DNA of 63,966 bases, filler included, from Porpidia crustulata (taxonomy: Eukaryota): NCBI GenBank assembly GCA_964255105.1. It is 4 parts of 4 records of this genome, joined end to end, with 100 filler letters (N's around TTAATTAATTAA, not from the genome) between each part and the next. Parts side by side here need not be neighbours in the genome. Positions count along the whole stretch, not along the records: positions 48,807 to 63,966 come from CAXUWE010000332.1; 3 more parts are not named here. One strand, given 5' to 3'. Below, in pieces: positions 61,416 to 63,966 of this stretch; within the stretch, counting starts at the first letter, position 1; every line of letters begins with the position of its first letter. A program made the position numbers and the translations under genes. The notes beneath the pieces are model-generated. The model searched no databases. It was not told the DNA's origin and worked only from the letters and a program-made list of their open reading frames with translations.

Positions 61416-63966
61416 ATGTTCGGTTCCCGCAACCCTAGACCAACCCCTCCCCGCCAACCTACTTCACAGCAGCCTTCTCAAAGTCCTTATAGTCGCATAC
61501 CTCCTGGAGGTTCGGATCGGTATGGAGCTCCACAAGGTCGCCCCTACTCAGGAAGCGACGGGCCTTACTACGATGGACCGTCGCCAGAAAAGCAGGACTA
61601 TTCTCGAGGCCATGCTGAACCTATCCGTGGTAGTGGAGGGGCTCGATCGGGGGCGGGGCAAGTATGGCAGCTCAAGCCTGCGAAAAGCCCAGGAAATCAG
61701 TTTATATTTGGTAATCTGTGAGAATTCCCGCGACGTGACTGTGAAGACTCGCGGTGACTGATGCTCCACCAGAGTCGCCGTTTCCCCATTTGACTTCTCC
61801 TCTTCACGGGATGGCTCAGACTTTTATATCCTGTTGAACGATTTCTACGTCCTCACGGCGAGGCCGTTCGATGGCTTTCCACAAGGGCAACTCAGCCTTT
61901 CAGATCCTCAGCGGACCTGGGCTTCTATAAGTCTCATGGACACTGTACAAGTTCAGCTCTATGACCCTTTCCAAGGAGGTGGGCACCGGTATCTCGGGTC
62001 GTTAGATGCAGAAATCAGCTTCGCCGGACGAAAAATGACAGAAACACCATTTGACCAAGATGAACTTGCACAACATTTTACCAAGGTAATTTATTCGAAG
62101 ATTATTTCAAGAACTTCAACTGACTTGGACTAGAATTTCGAGAACCAGATATTTGCGCCGAATCAAAGACTCATTATGGATTTCAAGAGTCTCCCCCTTC
62201 TTATCGTTGTGAGGACTGTTCAACTCGTGGATTTATCCATGGACAAGTCCTCAGCAGGGGCAGAGCCAACATCTTCGGACCCTCGAATACGTGGGATACT
62301 GACTCGTCATTCCTTGATGAATTTCTTCAAGGATGCAAAATCCGGGATCAATCTGAGAGCCTCAAACCGAAGGCCAGCTGCGAATGCCATAATACAACCG
62401 AATTTCAAGTTCGAGGACATGGGCATTGGGGGTCTTGATAAAGAATTCAGTGCTATATTCCGAAGAGCGTTTGCTTCTCGCATCTTTCCCCCAGGATTAA
62501 TTGAGAAGCTTGGTATTCAGCATGTCAAGGGTATATTACTATTTGGTCCTCCTGGTACAGGGAAAACCTTGATAGCGAGAAGAATCGGAAAGATGCTGAA
62601 CGCCCGAGAACCGAAGGTCATTAATGGGCCCGAAGTGCTAAACAAATACGTTGGTCAATCGGAAGAAAATATTCGGAAACTCTTTGCGGATGCAGAGAAA
62701 GAATACAAGGAGAAGGGAGATGAGAGCGGTCTTCACATCATTATTTTCGACGAGTTGGACGCCGTCTGCAAGCAGAGAGGGAGTGGTGCTGGAGGAGGAA
62801 CCGGCGTTGGAGATAGCGTTGTTAATCAGCTTCTATCCAAGCTTGATGGCGTGGACCAACTCAACAACATTCTACTAATAGGCATGACGAATAGAAAAGA
62901 TATGATAGACGATGCCCTCCTCCGACCTGGGCGATTGGAAGTCCACATGGAGATTTCATTACCAGATGAGCATGGACGTATCCAAATCTTGAATATTCAT
63001 ACGGCCAAGATGAGAGAAGCAGGGAACCTAGATCCAGACGTTAGTCTTGACGAGCTCGCTCGTACTACCAAGAATTTCAGTGGTGCTGAAATAAGCGGTC
63101 TGGTGCGATCTGCAACGTCGTTTGCCCTCAACCGACACGTCAAAGTAGGCACAGTCGCTGGGGTTGCCGATGATGTCGACAAAATCACGGTAAACCGTGA
63201 CGATTTCGAGCACGCATTCGACGATGTCAAGCCTGCATTCGGTGTCTCAGAGGATGAGATGCAACGTTGTCTGCGAGGCGGCATCATCCACTTCTCCTCA
63301 TCTATTGATAATATTCTCAATGAAGCAAACCTCATAGTCCAACAAGTCCAGGAACCCGACTCAACCCCCTTATTCAGCGCTATAATGCATGGCCCTCCAG
63401 GAAGTGGGAAGACGGCTTTGGCAGCCAAGGTCGCGCTGGACAGCAATTACCCCTTTATCAAAATGATCAGCGCAGACAACATGATTGGTTTCAACGAATC
63501 GATGAAGATTGAGCACATGCGACGAATCTTCGACGATGCATATAAGAGCCCCCTCAGCGTCGTTCTCATCGACAATATTGAACGCATAGTCGAATGGGTA
63601 CCGATCGGTCCCCGCTTCAGCAACGCCGTCCTACAAGCCCTGATGGTCCTGCTCAAGAAAGAACCGCCCAAAGGCAGAAGACTACTCGTGCTCGCCACTA
63701 CCGGCGAGCGTTCTGTCCTGCAGCAACTCGACATCTTCACCGCCTTCGACTCCGACATTGCAATCCCCAATGTCAGCACCCATATTGAGCTCTCTCACAT
63801 CCTAAGGCAGTCGGGCGTATTCGAGGAGCCGGAGCGGGCCATCCGGGAGCTACAGGAACTGACGAGGAGTGAGAGCGTCGGGGTGGGAATCAAGAAGATT
63901 CTGATGGGCATTGAGACGGCGAAGCAGGACCGGGATCGGGAGGGGAGGTTCGCGAATGTGATTGCG
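61416..63966 (+). CDS. SEC18: Vesicle-fusing ATPase NSF/Sec18, 3'-truncated by window end
   Basis: Introns 61718-61772 and 62086-62133. [21 protein letters not shown]1 Walker [35 protein letters not shown]2 GPPGSGKT and PIGPRFSN. Exon 3 is open to the window end. Confidence 0.97.

Overview
Eukaryotic DNA from a filamentous ascomycete (Pezizomycotina-type gene models with short ~45-100 nt GT-AG introns and CTRAC branch sites). The window is not one locus. It is four contigs of about 16 kb (1-16232, 16333-32477, 32578-48706, 48807-63966) joined by artificial 100-nt spacers (44 N + TTAATTAATTAA + 44 N), so adjacency across spacers is meaningless and several genes are truncated. Contig 1: PMC1-type Ca2+-ATPase, NUP84, SUMO (SMT3), a small protein with an R3HCC1-like C-terminal motif and a secreted arylsulfotransferase-like protein. 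Contig 2: peroxisomal acyl-CoA thioesterase (ends in SKL), a multi-pass membrane protein, a ~7 kb gene-poor zone with decayed genes (DUF3445 pseudogene) and fold-back elements, an Rds1/ferritin-like secreted protein, a small GPI-type protein and a partial thaumatin. Contig 3: partial nucleoside transporter, haspin kinase, DUF1772 protein, a 41-bp minisatellite, a PPR protein head-to-head with a five-exon COX7 that the ORF track misses, an orphan protein, an SRPK-like kinase, CCDC47/DUF1682 and partial MDM34. Contig 4: partial hymA/Mo25, an Lte1-like RasGEF, a Cir_N protein, an orphan PaxA/AtmA-CtvD-like membrane protein and partial SEC18. I found no rRNA, tRNA, CRISPR array or intact transposon, and no clearly novel multi-gene system. 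The best leads are the stand-alone R3HCC1-like motif protein beside SUMO, catalytic-motif substitutions in the sulfotransferase and haspin, the long stop-free intron before the PTS1 exon of the thioesterase, structured non-coding elements in the gene desert, and a recurring C-rich to G-rich switch in terminal exons. All family assignments come from motif recognition, not database searches.
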